From Desulfobulbaceae bacterium (GTDB taxonomy: Bacteria > Desulfobacterota > Desulfobulbia > Desulfobulbales > SURF-16), in NCBI GenBank assembly GCA_002868945.1, contig PKTX01000001.1:18310-82309 (forward strand): 64,000 bases of DNA, given 5' to 3'. Position numbers and translations under genes: made by a program. Numbering within the stretch: position 1 is the first letter of the stretch; each line of letters starts with the position of its first letter. Under the pieces are notes generated by a model. That model did not search any database. It was not told the origin of the DNA and saw only the letters and a list, made by a program, of their open reading frames with translations. This document shows positions 9,145 through 19,399 of the stretch, in pieces.

Positions 9145-10104
9145 CTAGGCCACAGTTGAGCGCTCCAGGCGGTCAATAAGGGCGGCAGCCAGCAGAGGGA
9201 TCATCAGCTCATGGTGGCCGATGAAGTTGTAACCTCGGCCACCACTTGCCGTGGGACGATTCACCACATTGGTCATGGTTCGATAATGTCTGATAAAATC
9301 GAAATTTGCCGTGGTAAAGGTGGTAACGGTGTGGCCCAGGTTGCGTGCTGCGGTAAGGGCCTTGAGAAAGACCTCGGGCAGGAGTACCGCCGAGCCGATA
9401 TTAAGGTAAGCACCCTGTTCCAGGTTGGCAACCAGGCGACAGAAGAGCTGGAAGTCATGGTAGCTGGTCTGGCCGATATCGGCCCCTGAGGCCGAGGGAT
9501 GAATATGGACAATATCCGTGCCCAGGGCAACATGGACGGTGACTGGAACCCCCAGGCGATATGCCGAGGCGAGCAGACTGTGCTCGTTATAAGGAAACTG
9601 CTCCTCCACCAGAAATTTTCCCATGGCCTGGCCCAGACCCATCTTCTCTTTGGCCCCCATGGCAATGGCGGCATTGACCGTCTCGCCCGTTTCCCTGGCG
9701 GCACCAAAGGCACCGGCCCCCAGGACCTGACCGACATCCTCGGAGGTACGGCCCACCATGGCGATTTCCGTGTCGTGGATAATACCGGCACCGTTTAAGG
9801 CAATGGCGTTGAAGATGCCGCGTTTCATCAGATCAATGATGAGGGGGGCAAGGCCCACTTTGATGACATGGGCGCCCATGCCGCAGATAATGGTTTTCTT
9901 GCCTGCAACGCAGGCGGCCAGGGCCTCGACCAGTTCAGGGAAATCAACACCGGCAAACTGCTGGGGCAAACTGGCGATGAAATCAGCCACCGTGGCAGCC
10001 GCTCCCAGGGGAGTGGCAAAATTCTCCACCGTCACCTTGCTGAAACGGTCATGGACCGAATAGGTGTTGAGATTTTCAAAGGTAAGGGGGTCCGGATAGG
10101 TCAT
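9145..10104 (-). CDS. deoxyhypusine synthase-like family protein
   Basis: The pattern KTIICGMGAHVIKVGLAPLIIDLMKRGIFNAIALNGAGIIHDTE parallels the DHS Rossmann core. The assignment is from memory of the family, not from a search. Confidence 0.5.
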   Translation of the reverse strand: MTYPDPLTFENLNTYSVHDRFSKVTVENFATPLGAAATVADFIASLPQQFAGVDFPELVEALAACVAGKKTIICGMGAHVIKVGLAPLIIDLMKRGIFNAIALNGAGIIHDTEIAMVGRTSEDVGQVLGAGAFGAARETGETVNAAIAMGAKEKMGLGQAMGKFLVEEQFPYNEHSLLASAYRLGVPVTVHVALGTDIVHIHPSASGADIGQTSYHDFQLFCRLVANLEQGAYLNIGSAVLLPEVFLKALTAARNLGHTVTTFTTANFDFIRHYRTMTNVVNRPTASGGRGYNFIGHHELMIPLLAAALIDRLERSTVA

Positions 10105-10727
10105 GCCAGTCGTCCAAACATTTTTTCATCGGCCAGTTGACAGATCATGTGCTCAATCCAGAGATGGGTCTCCTGAATATGAGGGGTATGAGAAGACGGT
10201 ACGTTGAGGAGCAGGTCGACGTTTCCGCGAATCTTGCCGCCGTTACAGCCGGTTAAGGCCACGGTTTTCATACCGATTTTTTTGGCCTCGGCAAAGGCGG
10301 CAATGACATTGGCGGAATTGCCGCTGGTGGAGATACCCAGGGCAAGATCCTCTTTTTTGCCCAGGGCGGCAAGCTGTTTGGCAAAGATATCGTCATAGGA
10401 GAAATCATTGCCGACGCTGGTCAAAATGGAGGTGTCGGTGGTCAGGGCCAGGGCAGGCAGGGGCCTGCGGTTGATCAGGAAACGGTTGACGAATTCGGCG
10501 GCCAGATGTTGGGCATCGGCGGCACTGCCGCCATTGCCAAAGAGAAGAAGCTTGCCACCTTGGGCAAAACACTCCACAACCCAGTTAACCGCAACAATCA
10601 AGGCCTCGCTCTCCCGGGCGACAAAATCCTTTTTGGCGGCAAGAGAACCGGCCAGACTGTCATTAATTATTGTATGCATAATGCTCATTGCCCTTAGGGT
10701 GAACGTCTCATTTTTGAAACCGTTCAC
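10101..10727 (-). CDS. gmhA: SIS-domain D-sedoheptulose-7-phosphate isomerase-like protein
   Basis: LLFGNGGSAADAQHLAAEF and GISTSGNSANV motifs. Its stop overlaps the start of the downstream gene (ATGA at 10101-10104). Alternative start at ATG 10688. Confidence 0.75.
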   Translation of the reverse strand: MNGFKNETFTLRAMSIMHTIINDSLAGSLAAKKDFVARESEALIVAVNWVVECFAQGGKLLLFGNGGSAADAQHLAAEFVNRFLINRRPLPALALTTDTSILTSVGNDFSYDDIFAKQLAALGKKEDLALGISTSGNSANVIAAFAEAKKIGMKTVALTGCNGGKIRGNVDLLLNVPSSHTPHIQETHLWIEHMICQLADEKMFGRLA

Positions 10728-10914
10728 AATATATCAGCCCGGTTCCTTTGTCAACGCGCTAATCCCACCTTTGCCATAAAGGAAACAGGCCCCATTCGGC
10801 CGAGCTATTAGCTTTGACAGGAAAATGAGAAACGGGTAAGTTTACCTGCTTTTGATTTACCGTTGAACCTGTTTTTTGCCTCTCTATACGCCTTTTTTTA
10901 CACGGAGATAAAGT

Positions 10915-12255
10915 ATGAAAAAGATTCTTCTTGAAGAAAGTGAGATGCCGCGCCAGTGGTACAACATCTTGCCCGATATCCCTAATGGTATTGCGCCGCC
11001 CCTGGACCCCATGACCAAGGAGCCCATGGGCCCGGAAAAGCTTGCCCAGATCTTTCCCATGGGTCTGCTGGAGCAGGAGATGAGTGATCAGCGCTGGATC
11101 GATATTCCCGAGGAGGTGCAGGAGGTCTATCACATCTGGCGGCCTGCGCCGCTGATCCGGGCCGATAAGCTGGAAGAGGCCCTGGGCACCAAGGCCAAGA
11201 TCTACTTTAAATATGAGGGTGTTTCGCCATCCGGCAGCCACAAGACCAACAGTGCCGTGGCCCAGGCCTATTACAACAAACGCGAAGGCGTTAAGAGAAT
11301 GTCCACTGAAACAGGCGCCGGTCAGTGGGGGTCCGCCCTCTCCTTTGCCACCCATAAATTCGGTCTGGAGTGCAAGGTGTACATGGTACGCGTCTCCTTT
11401 GATCAGAAGCCTTACCGCAAGTCGATGATGAACACCTACGGTGCGGAAATCGTCGCCAGCCCCAGTGAAGACACGGCCATCGGCAGGCAGATCCGCAAAG
11501 AGTACCCCGATACGGCCGGCTCCCTGGGTATTGCCATCAGTGAGGCCATTGAGGATGCCATGTCCAGGGAGGACACCAAGTATGGCCTGGGTTCGGTCCT
11601 CAACCATGTTATCCACCATCAGTCGATCATCGGTCTGGAGTCGAAGAAACAGCTGGAAAAGATCGGCGACTACCCGGACGTGGTCATTGGTTGCTGTGGC
11701 GGCGGCTCCAATGCCGCCGGCATTATGTCTCCCTTTATCGCAGATTATCTTGACGGCAAGAAGGTCCGTTTCGTCGGTGTTGAGCCGGCATCATGCCCCA
11801 GCCTGACCAGGGGGACCTATGCCTATGACTTTGGTGACGTGGCCAAGCAGACTCCCCTGCTCTACATGTATACCCTGGGGCATGATTTCATTCCACCGGG
11901 AATCCATGCCGGCGGCCTGCGCTACCACGGGATGTCGCCTATCCTCTCCGCCCTGGTACGGGAAAAGATTATTGAGCCGATCTCGGTTCATCAGCTGGAG
12001 TGCTTTGAGGCGGGCCGCCTTTTTGCCCAGACCGAGGGAATCATCCCGGCACCGGAGACCTGTCATGCCATTCGGGCCGCCATTATCGAGGCCACCCAAG
12101 ATCTCAATGATCCCAAAACCATCCTCTTTAACTTCTCCGGCCATGGCATGCTGGATCTGGCCAGTTACGACAAATTCTACTCCGGTGACCTGCACAACTA
12201 TGAGTACCCGGAGGAAGATATTGCCAGCGCCACCAAAAATCTGCCCAAGGTGTAA
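10915..12255 (+). CDS. TrpB2-type tryptophan synthase beta-like PLP enzyme (stand-alone)
   Basis: 446 aa. SGSHKTNSA (PLP lysine) and [11 protein letters not shown] are present. The long N-terminus is typical of TrpB2. No trpA is adjacent. Confidence 0.85.
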   Translation: MKKILLEESEMPRQWYNILPDIPNGIAPPLDPMTKEPMGPEKLAQIFPMGLLEQEMSDQRWIDIPEEVQEVYHIWRPAPLIRADKLEEALGTKAKIYFKYEGVSPSGSHKTNSAVAQAYYNKREGVKRMSTETGAGQWGSALSFATHKFGLECKVYMVRVSFDQKPYRKSMMNTYGAEIVASPSEDTAIGRQIRKEYPDTAGSLGIAISEAIEDAMSREDTKYGLGSVLNHVIHHQSIIGLESKKQLEKIGDYPDVVIGCCGGGSNAAGIMSPFIADYLDGKKVRFVGVEPASCPSLTRGTYAYDFGDVAKQTPLLYMYTLGHDFIPPGIHAGGLRYHGMSPILSALVREKIIEPISVHQLECFEAGRLFAQTEGIIPAPETCHAIRAAIIEATQDLNDPKTILFNFSGHGMLDLASYDKFYSGDLHNYEYPEEDIASATKNLPKV

Positions 12256-12384
12256 CTGGTCGCTCTGTGGGTCTTAAAAAGTAAAACAGGGAGGTGTCTT
12301 GCCCACAAGGCGCCTCTCTGTACCCAGTGCCGACACCTCGTCTTTCGTCAGGAGCAACAGGAGCAACGCACCCAAAGCCGCCCC

Positions 12385-12420
12385 CTGAACCTTGAACCTT
12401 GAACCTTGAACCTTGAACCT
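12385..12420. repeat. heptanucleotide microsatellite (CTTGAAC)x4-5
   Basis: The sequence reads CTGAAC CTTGAAC CTTGAAC CTTGAAC CTTGAAC CT. It is preceded by the 9-bp duplication CAGGAGCAA CAGGAGCAA at 12349-12366. Confidence 0.9.
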
Positions 12421-12519
12421 CCAATATCACTCCCTCAACCATTAAATCAAACGGAAAAAGTGCCGAAAAAGACGAAATTTCTGAGCAATAACAAACTCGG
12501 AAAGTTGAGTTTGTAACAG

Positions 12520-13710
12520 ATGAAAAAACTTATCCTTGTTCTGCTGGCCCTGCAGCTTACCTGTCTGCCACTGCAGGCGGCCGGCCCGCACCAGTCAACT
12601 GCCCTGGTCCATCATGGTGCCTTTCTTACCGCCCGTGCGGACGGCATGGCCATCAGCGCCCATCAAGCGGATCAGCCCCTTGTTCCCGCCTCAATCCTTA
12701 AAATCGTTACAGCCCTGGCCGGCCTGGAGATCCTCGGCGAAACATATCGCTTCCCCACCTATTTTTTCATTACCCCCGGTATTGATCTGTGGATCAAGGG
12801 CCAGGGCGATCCTCTGCTAATCTCCGAGGAGATCGACGTCATTGCCGCGGAGCTCAGGAAAAACGGCCTGCGCGAATTTCGCAATCTCTATCTTGACTAT
12901 AGTGCCTATCAGTTGGAAGAAAACAGCATCTCGGAAAGTCGGACAAACAATCCCTATGACTCCGCCCTTTCCGCCCTGGCCGTCAATTTCAATACCATTC
13001 ATATCGAGGTCCTGCCGGATGGCCGCATACGATCGGCTGAGGAACAGACACCCACCATTCCGTTGATGCATGAGCTGGGCCAAGGTCTGGCGCCTGGCGT
13101 GCACCGTATAAACGTCAGTCGGGACCGCAGGCAGATCCAGCGTCTGGCGGCCGAGACCTTCAAGGCTATCTTTGCCTGGCATGGCATCAGCATGCGCGGC
13201 CAGGCCATGCCGCGTGAGACGCCCCGCCAGGCTGGTCTTTTTTATATCCACTACTCCAAACCATTGGTGGAGCTTGTACCTGCCATGCTGCTCTACTCCA
13301 ATAATTTCATGGCCAACCAGATCTTCCTGGCCCTGGGCCAGGAGAGATTCGGGCCGCCGGTGACCTGGCGCAAGGCCAGGCGGGCCATCAACCTTTTTAT
13401 CCGACAGAGGGGCCTGTCCGGCCGGGAGATTACCATTATAGACGGCGCCGGCCTGCATCGCGGCAACCGCATTACGGCCCGGACCATGCTCGCCTTTCTC
13501 CAGGAGTTCCGACCCTATGCCCACTTGTTACCCCAGCACAAGGAGTGGTTGCTGAAATCAGGTACCATGACCGATGTCTACGCCTATGCCGGTTACCTTG
13601 GCCGCCATGACGCGGCGCCGGCCGTGGTGATTATCCTGAACCAGCCCGACAACAACCGGGAAATGCTTGTTCAACAACTGGCCGACGAGATAGCTTCTCT
13701 TGCGAGATAG
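12520..13710 (+). CDS. dacB: D-alanyl-D-alanine carboxypeptidase/endopeptidase (PBP4, peptidase S13)
   Basis: Signal peptide plus SILK (SxxK), YSNN (SxN) and KSGT (KTG) motifs in the correct order. Confidence 0.75.
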   Translation: MKKLILVLLALQLTCLPLQAAGPHQSTALVHHGAFLTARADGMAISAHQADQPLVPASILKIVTALAGLEILGETYRFPTYFFITPGIDLWIKGQGDPLLISEEIDVIAAELRKNGLREFRNLYLDYSAYQLEENSISESRTNNPYDSALSALAVNFNTIHIEVLPDGRIRSAEEQTPTIPLMHELGQGLAPGVHRINVSRDRRQIQRLAAETFKAIFAWHGISMRGQAMPRETPRQAGLFYIHYSKPLVELVPAMLLYSNNFMANQIFLALGQERFGPPVTWRKARRAINLFIRQRGLSGREITIIDGAGLHRGNRITARTMLAFLQEFRPYAHLLPQHKEWLLKSGTMTDVYAYAGYLGRHDAAPAVVIILNQPDNNREMLVQQLADEIASLAR

Positions 13711-13853
13711 CAGACGATGATAAACGACGAGTGACTATGCCGACTGCTGCCGGAAGGAGCAGATTGCGGTAAGCTGAGGCGGCGAAGCGTCGATCGTCTA
13801 CCTGCCGCGTCGGCGCCATTATCGTAAGATGGGAGAGTGATGGGTCGTTGCAA

Positions 13854-15158
13854 CTACGAGGCTGTAAGCAGGACCATAGCCTCCAGATGGCAGGTCTGGC
13901 AGAACTGATCCACCAGGGTAATGGCCGTGATCCGGTAGCCTTGGCCACAGATGGTCTGCAGGTCGCGCAGCAGAGTGGCTTGGTCGCAGGAGACATAGAC
14001 AATCGTCGTGGGTCGCAGGGCCGCCAGCAAGGCACTGCCCCCCTTAAAGCCGCTGCGGGGTGGGTCAAGGATGACATAGTCAAACCTTTCCCCGGCCGCA
14101 ACCAACTCTTCCAGCCCCTGCAGGGCGGCGGATCGCCGGAATTCGCAGGCCAGGCCGTTGTCCTGCCGGTTGCGGCGGGCAGCGCGGATAGCGGCCCGTT
14201 GTTGGTCCATGCCTATCACCTGCATGCCCGTCGCAGCCAAGGGGATTGAAAAATTACCCATGCCGCAAAAGAGGTCCAGAACCCTGCCGCGCGGCAGCGG
14301 CGCCAGCCAGGCAAGCAATTGATCCACCATGGCCTGATTCTGGGCGGCGTTGACCTGACAGAAGCCGCCTGCCTCCAGGACCATGTCAAGAAGCTGGCCC
14401 GTGCCGGCAAGGCTCAGTTGATAATGCAGATAGATCGGCCCCTCAGGCAGGGAGAAATAGACGGCTCCTTCATCACTCCGGACAATCACCGCCTTGATGT
14501 TGTTTGCGTGGTCAAGAAGGCCTTGCAAGGATTTCCTGTCAGCCGGCCGCGGTTTCCTGCGGAAACGCATGATGAGCAGGCAACTGCTGTCTGCCGGGTC
14601 CGCATGGACCTCCAGTTCGTTGACCTGCTCGGCAACATCCCGCCAGCCGGACGCCTTGTTCAGCTCTGCCAGGACCGCATTGATTTCGGGGCGGGCCAGC
14701 AGGCAGGCATCTATGGCAAGCAGCTCATGGCTGCGTCTTCCAAAAAAACCAAAGCGGCCCTCCCTGACATGGAGACGAATGCGCTGACGATATCCCAGAG
14801 GTTGCGGCGCCGCCAGGTAGCGGCTCTGCTCACAGGCAAAGAGCAAGCCGCTGCGCCTGAACTGGTCGCAGAAGATATCCTTTTTAACGACATCCTGATA
14901 TGAGGCGGCAATATGCTGCAAGTGACAGCCGCCGCAGCGGCCGAAATAGGGACAGGGCGGCTGCCGGCGGTGCGGGGAGGCCTCGACGATTTCATCCGGC
15001 TCAGCCTGGTGAAAGGAAGTTTTCTTTTTGACGGTTCGAATGCGAACCTTTTCGGCCGGGATCACGCCGGGCAGCAGCACCACCATGCCGTCAGCCCGGT
15101 GGGCCAGGCCCAGGCCGCCCACCACCAGCTTTTCTATGACAAGCGGCTCATGGTTCAC
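13854..15158 (-). CDS. rlmD: 23S rRNA (uracil-5)-methyltransferase, RumA/TrmA family
   Basis: TRAM-like N-terminus, Cys cluster (CPYFGRCGGC), SAM motifs LDLFCGMGNF and DPPRSG, and the catalytic VSCD. Confidence 0.75.
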   Translation of the reverse strand: MNHEPLVIEKLVVGGLGLAHRADGMVVLLPGVIPAEKVRIRTVKKKTSFHQAEPDEIVEASPHRRQPPCPYFGRCGGCHLQHIAASYQDVVKKDIFCDQFRRSGLLFACEQSRYLAAPQPLGYRQRIRLHVREGRFGFFGRRSHELLAIDACLLARPEINAVLAELNKASGWRDVAEQVNELEVHADPADSSCLLIMRFRRKPRPADRKSLQGLLDHANNIKAVIVRSDEGAVYFSLPEGPIYLHYQLSLAGTGQLLDMVLEAGGFCQVNAAQNQAMVDQLLAWLAPLPRGRVLDLFCGMGNFSIPLAATGMQVIGMDQQRAAIRAARRNRQDNGLACEFRRSAALQGLEELVAAGERFDYVILDPPRSGFKGGSALLAALRPTTIVYVSCDQATLLRDLQTICGQGYRITAITLVDQFCQTCHLEAMVLLTAS

Positions 15159-15688
15159 GTCATGAATTTATGGCGAAGTTTCTCACAGACATGATCCGGC
15201 ACCAGGCCGCTGGTATCGCCGCCGTGCCGGGCCACATCCTTGATAATGGAGGAGCTGATATAGATCCAGCGCAGACCGGTCATCAGAAAGACGGTCTCAA
15301 CCTCCCGTTCGATTCGTCTGTTCATCAGGGCGAGCTGAAACTCATACTCAAAATCAGATACGGCCCGCAGACCACGGACAATGGCGGTTGCCCCACGTTT
15401 ATAGGCATAATCAACAAGCAGGCCATCGACATAATCAACGGAAATGCGCTCCTCATCGGCCGGAAAACAGTCGCGAATCATCTGCAGGCGGTCCTCCAGG
15501 GAAAAGAGGGCGGACTTTGCCGGATTAATGGCCACCGTTATAATTACCTTGTCGAAGATCTCCAGGGAGCGCGTGACAATGTCGATATGGCCCATGGTGA
15601 TGGGATCAAAGGTGCCTGGGTAGACAGCGATCTTTTCATCGTAGACCTTGTCCTGAATAAAGGGTTCGTATGCATTTTCTTCACTCAT
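15155..15688 (-). CDS. coaD: phosphopantetheine adenylyltransferase
   Basis: GTFDPITMGHIDI and ISSSIIK motifs. It has 4-bp and 8-bp overlaps with its neighbours. Confidence 0.9.
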   Translation of the reverse strand: MSEENAYEPFIQDKVYDEKIAVYPGTFDPITMGHIDIVTRSLEIFDKVIITVAINPAKSALFSLEDRLQMIRDCFPADEERISVDYVDGLLVDYAYKRGATAIVRGLRAVSDFEYEFQLALMNRRIEREVETVFLMTGLRWIYISSSIIKDVARHGGDTSGLVPDHVCEKLRHKFMT

Positions 15689-16271
15689 CTTGTTCTCTGC
15701 TCCGTTGGTAGAAGCCGAATGCCGTTTTGCCGTAGAGTCGCCGCTCTTTGAGTAGCAGATCCTGACATCGGTCGGGAAGATTGCTGTCAGCCGCCTCTTC
15801 CACGATTATGCAACCATGCTCGGCCAGGACGCCTTCACTCTTGGCCAGAAAGTAGAGGAGATTGCCGACAAACCCCTTACCGTACGGCGGGTCCATGAAG
15901 ATAAGGTCAAAGGGCCTCTCCGCACCGAGCTTTGTCAGAAAACGCGGTGTCTTGCGCAGATTTCGGCGCAGAATGAGCGAGGCACCCTCCTCCTGACAGA
16001 GCCGGCAATTCTCAGCAACAAGGGCACAGGCGTAACGCGAATCATCCACAAAGACGGCCTGATCCGCCCCCCTGCTCAAGGCCTCAAGACCCAAGGCCCC
16101 GGTGCCGGCAAAAAGATCGAGAACCCTGGCCCCGACAATGCGGGGGCCGATAATATTAAAGAGGGCCTCGCGCGCCTTGTCCGAGGTGGGACGGATGAGG
16201 GGATCCTTTGTCCGGCTTGTCTTTGGGGTTAGTAGGCTGCGGCCCCGCGATCTGCCACTGATAATGCGCAT
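15681..16271 (-). CDS. rsmD: 16S rRNA (guanine966-N2)-methyltransferase
   Basis: LDLFAGTGALGLEALSRGA and FMDPPY motifs. Confidence 0.85.
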   Translation of the reverse strand: MRIISGRSRGRSLLTPKTSRTKDPLIRPTSDKAREALFNIIGPRIVGARVLDLFAGTGALGLEALSRGADQAVFVDDSRYACALVAENCRLCQEEGASLILRRNLRKTPRFLTKLGAERPFDLIFMDPPYGKGFVGNLLYFLAKSEGVLAEHGCIIVEEAADSNLPDRCQDLLLKERRLYGKTAFGFYQRSREQDE

Positions 16272-16284
16272 CTCTCAGCCCTCA

Positions 16285-16376
16285 GGGGATCATTGAATAA
16301 TGAGTTTTATTTTCTATGCTTCTCAAACTCGAACAGGGAAGCGAAACTTCGAGATATCTCATTATTCAAGATGGCC
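16285..16376. mobile_element. A-type MITE-like element, short copy (A1)
   Basis: Termini GGGGATCATTGAATAATGAG and CTCATTATTCAAGATGGCC are inverted repeats. The core is TTTTATTTTCTATGCTTCTCAAACTCGAAC. Confidence 0.8.
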
Positions 16377-16610
16377 TTTACATATATGCCGCTGTGCGCA
16401 CTTGCCCGGATTACAAGGAGCGCCCCTGTCATGGGAAGCGGGGGCACTCGGAGATGGTTGTCTCAAGGCAAGGGCATGGCTTGAGCAGGCACCGTCCCTT
16501 TTGCCGCCCGCCAGATGCGCCTGAAGGGGCATAGTTTATGGCTATGAAGCCGGCAGGCGGCAGGCGGCACAAAGGGCAAGCTGGAGCCTCATCACAGAGT
16601 TGAGATACGC

Positions 16611-17642
16611 CTAGCCAAGGTGGTCGGCGATCAACACCTCGGCGATCTGCACGGCATTCAAGGCAGCGCCCTTGAGGATGTTGTCGGAGACGATCCACAT
16701 GTTGATGCCGTTGGCAATGGACTCATCTTCGCGGATGCGTCCCACCAGGGTATCAAACTTACCCTCACAATCGAGGGCCAGGGGATACTCGTTATTGGCA
16801 GGGTTGTCCACCAGCTTGACGCCCGCTGCCGTCTTCATCAGGTCCTTGACCTCCTGGGCGCTGATCTTGCTTTTGGTCTCGATATTAACCGATTCGGAAT
16901 GACCGTAGATCACCGGAACACGCACGGTGGTGGCGGTAACGCCGATGCTGTTGTCCTCAAAGATCTTGCGGGTCTCATTTACCATCTTCATCTCTTCCTT
17001 GGTGTAACCGCTCTCAAGGAAGCTGTCGATATGAGGCAGACAGTTAAAGGCGATCTGATGGGGGTAGACGGACGACTCAAGCTTATCGCCGGCGGCATAG
17101 GCCTTGACTTGGCTCTTGAGCTCTTCAATGGCCGGGTTGCCGCTGCCTGAAACCGCCTGATACGTTGAGACAACAATACGCTTGATGCCGACCTTGTCAA
17201 GAATGGGCTTCAGGGCCACCAGCATCTGGATGGTGGAACAGTTGGGGTTGGCGATAATTCCATGTCTCTTGTAGTCGGCAATGGCGTGGGGATTAACCTC
17301 CGGTACCACCAGGGGGATTTCCGGATCCATGCGATAGGCGCTGGAGTTATCCACCACCACGGCGCCGGCCCGGGCCGCAGCCGGGGCAAAGTCGAGGGAA
17401 CGTTGGGCGCCGGCCGAGAAAAGGGCGACATCAATACCGGCAAAGGCGTTGTCGTCCAGGAGCTGGACCTTGATGTCCTGGCCCTTGAATTGGAGGACTT
17501 TGCCCACCGAGCGTTCAGAGGCAAGAAGCCGCAGCTCCTTGACGGGAAAATTTCGTCTGGCAAGAACATCGAGCATGGCGCCGCCAACCGCACCGGTGGC
17601 GCCGGCAATGGCTACATTATATCCTTCTTGTTTCATCTTCAA
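16611..17642 (-). CDS. asd: aspartate-semialdehyde dehydrogenase
   Basis: GATGAVG NAD site and the NPNCSTI active-site Cys. Full-length, 343 aa. Confidence 0.95.
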   Translation of the reverse strand: MKMKQEGYNVAIAGATGAVGGAMLDVLARRNFPVKELRLLASERSVGKVLQFKGQDIKVQLLDDNAFAGIDVALFSAGAQRSLDFAPAAARAGAVVVDNSSAYRMDPEIPLVVPEVNPHAIADYKRHGIIANPNCSTIQMLVALKPILDKVGIKRIVVSTYQAVSGSGNPAIEELKSQVKAYAAGDKLESSVYPHQIAFNCLPHIDSFLESGYTKEEMKMVNETRKIFEDNSIGVTATTVRVPVIYGHSESVNIETKSKISAQEVKDLMKTAAGVKLVDNPANNEYPLALDCEGKFDTLVGRIREDESIANGINMWIVSDNILKGAALNAVQIAEVLIADHLG

Positions 17643-17830
17643 TTTCCTCTCATTTTGGGTATTTAAAAAAATGCTCTAAAAGATTCACTCTATGCCTGTT
17701 CTATTGCTTGCACACCGGCGTGCCAACAAAACGGTCTGTTGCCGGACAGGCATTAAACAGGCAAGGGGCACACCTGCGACAGGATGCCCCTTGTTGTATG
17801 ATCCAGGCCTGTTGTGCTGGCGCAGGGGAT

Positions 17831-19399
17831 CTATTTTTTGTTTTTCATGTTCAGGTAGGCCACCCGATTGAGGCCGTTTATATAGGCCTTGGCCGCTGCC
17901 GTGATAATATCGGGATCAGCCCCCTGGCCCATGACAATTTTACCGTCTGCCGCCTCAAGCCGCACCATGACCTCGCCCTGGGCGTCGGTGCCACCGGTGA
18001 TGGAACTGACGGCAAAGTAGAGGAGCTGGCAGGTCGTGCCGGTCAACTGGGCAATGGTTTTAAAGGCGGCATCAATGGCACCGATGCCCAGGCTGGCCCC
18101 CTCACACTCCTTGCCGTTGACGATCATCCTGATGCCGGAGGTGGGCAGGGTCTGATTGCCGCTCATGGCGCCCAGGGAGATCAACTCATAGGTGTTGGGA
18201 ATGCGCAGCACCTCATCCATTAAAATCGCCTCAATATCCTCGTCAAAGATATCCTTTTTGACATCGGCGAGATCCTTGAAGCGGCTGAATACACGCTGCA
18301 GATCGTCATCCGTGAGCTCTTCATAGCCCAGGGAGGCGATCCGATCCTTCAGGGCATGGCGACCGGAATGTTTGCCCAGGACCAGATTCCCTGACGAGAG
18401 TCCCACATCAGCGGGATTCATGATCTCATAGGTGGTCCGCTCCTTGAGGATGCCGTCCTGATGGATGCCCGACTCATGGGCAAAGGCATTGGCGCCGACA
18501 ATGGCCTTGTTGGGCTGAACCGGCATACCGGTAATGGTGCTGACCATTCGACTGGAGGGGTGGATCTGTTCCGTGACAATGTTGCTGGTCACCACGTGCT
18601 GATCCGGCCTGGTGCGGATGGCCATGACCAACTCTTCCATGGCCGTGTTCCCCGCCCTTTCACCGATGCCGTTAATGGTGGTTTCCACCTGGCGAACGCC
18701 GGCCTTGATGGCGGCCAGGGAATTGGCAACCGCAAGACCGAGATCATTGTGGCAGTGGACACTGAGGGTTGCCTTGTCGATATTGGGGATATGTTCCACC
18801 AGGTAACGGATCTGACCGGCAAATTCGTCCGGCATGGCATAACCGGTGGTGTCCGGAAAATTCAAGGTGGTGGCACCCGCCTCGATCACCGCACTGAAGA
18901 CCCGGCAGACAAAGTCCAGGTCGCTGCGGGTGGCATCCTCGGCGGAAAATTCCACATTGGAGGTGTAGCCGGCCGCATGTTTGACTGCGGAAACGGCCAA
19001 CTCCAACACCTGATCGCGCGACATTTTCAACTTATGCTTCAGGTGGATATCAGAGGTGGCCAGAAAGGTGTGGATGCGGGGATTAAAGCCACCCTTCAAG
19101 GCCTGCCAGGCCGTATCGATATCCTTGATACTGGCCCGGGCCAAGCCGGCTATCTGGACGTCCTTGATGTGGTCGGCGATATTCTTGACACAGTCAAAAT
19201 CGCCGGCCGAGGCAATGGGGAAGCCCGCCTCAATAACGTCCACCTTCATTTTGGCCAGCTGTTGGGCCAGCCTGAATTTCTCCTGCATATTCATGGTGGC
19301 GCCGGGAGACTGTTCACCGTCACGCAGGGTGGTATCAAAAATTATAATCTGATCCTTGTTGGTGGATCCTTTTATATCCTTCATGGTTGTGTCACTCAT
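17831..19399 (-). CDS. leuA: 2-isopropylmalate synthase (could alternatively be citramalate synthase)
   Basis: FDTTLRDGEQSPG and HCHNDLGLAVANS motifs, plus a LeuA-type C-terminal regulatory domain. Confidence 0.8.
   Translation of the reverse strand: MSDTTMKDIKGSTNKDQIIIFDTTLRDGEQSPGATMNMQEKFRLAQQLAKMKVDVIEAGFPIASAGDFDCVKNIADHIKDVQIAGLARASIKDIDTAWQALKGGFNPRIHTFLATSDIHLKHKLKMSRDQVLELAVSAVKHAAGYTSNVEFSAEDATRSDLDFVCRVFSAVIEAGATTLNFPDTTGYAMPDEFAGQIRYLVEHIPNIDKATLSVHCHNDLGLAVANSLAAIKAGVRQVETTINGIGERAGNTAMEELVMAIRTRPDQHVVTSNIVTEQIHPSSRMVSTITGMPVQPNKAIVGANAFAHESGIHQDGILKERTTYEIMNPADVGLSSGNLVLGKHSGRHALKDRIASLGYEELTDDDLQRVFSRFKDLADVKKDIFDEDIEAILMDEVLRIPNTYELISLGAMSGNQTLPTSGIRMIVNGKECEGASLGIGAIDAAFKTIAQLTGTTCQLLYFAVSSITGGTDAQGEVMVRLEAADGKIVMGQGADPDIITAAAKAYINGLNRVAYLNMKNKK

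Noticed and set aside
16293-16534. Apparently conserved small peptides (FIFYASQT...) shared by ORFs at 16300-16524 and 53949-54215
   Set aside because: The similarity comes from the shared DNA core TTTTATTTTCTATGCTTC of the A-type repeats. The ORFs differ in frame, in start and in everything outside the repeat, so this is nucleotide-level rather than protein-level conservation.
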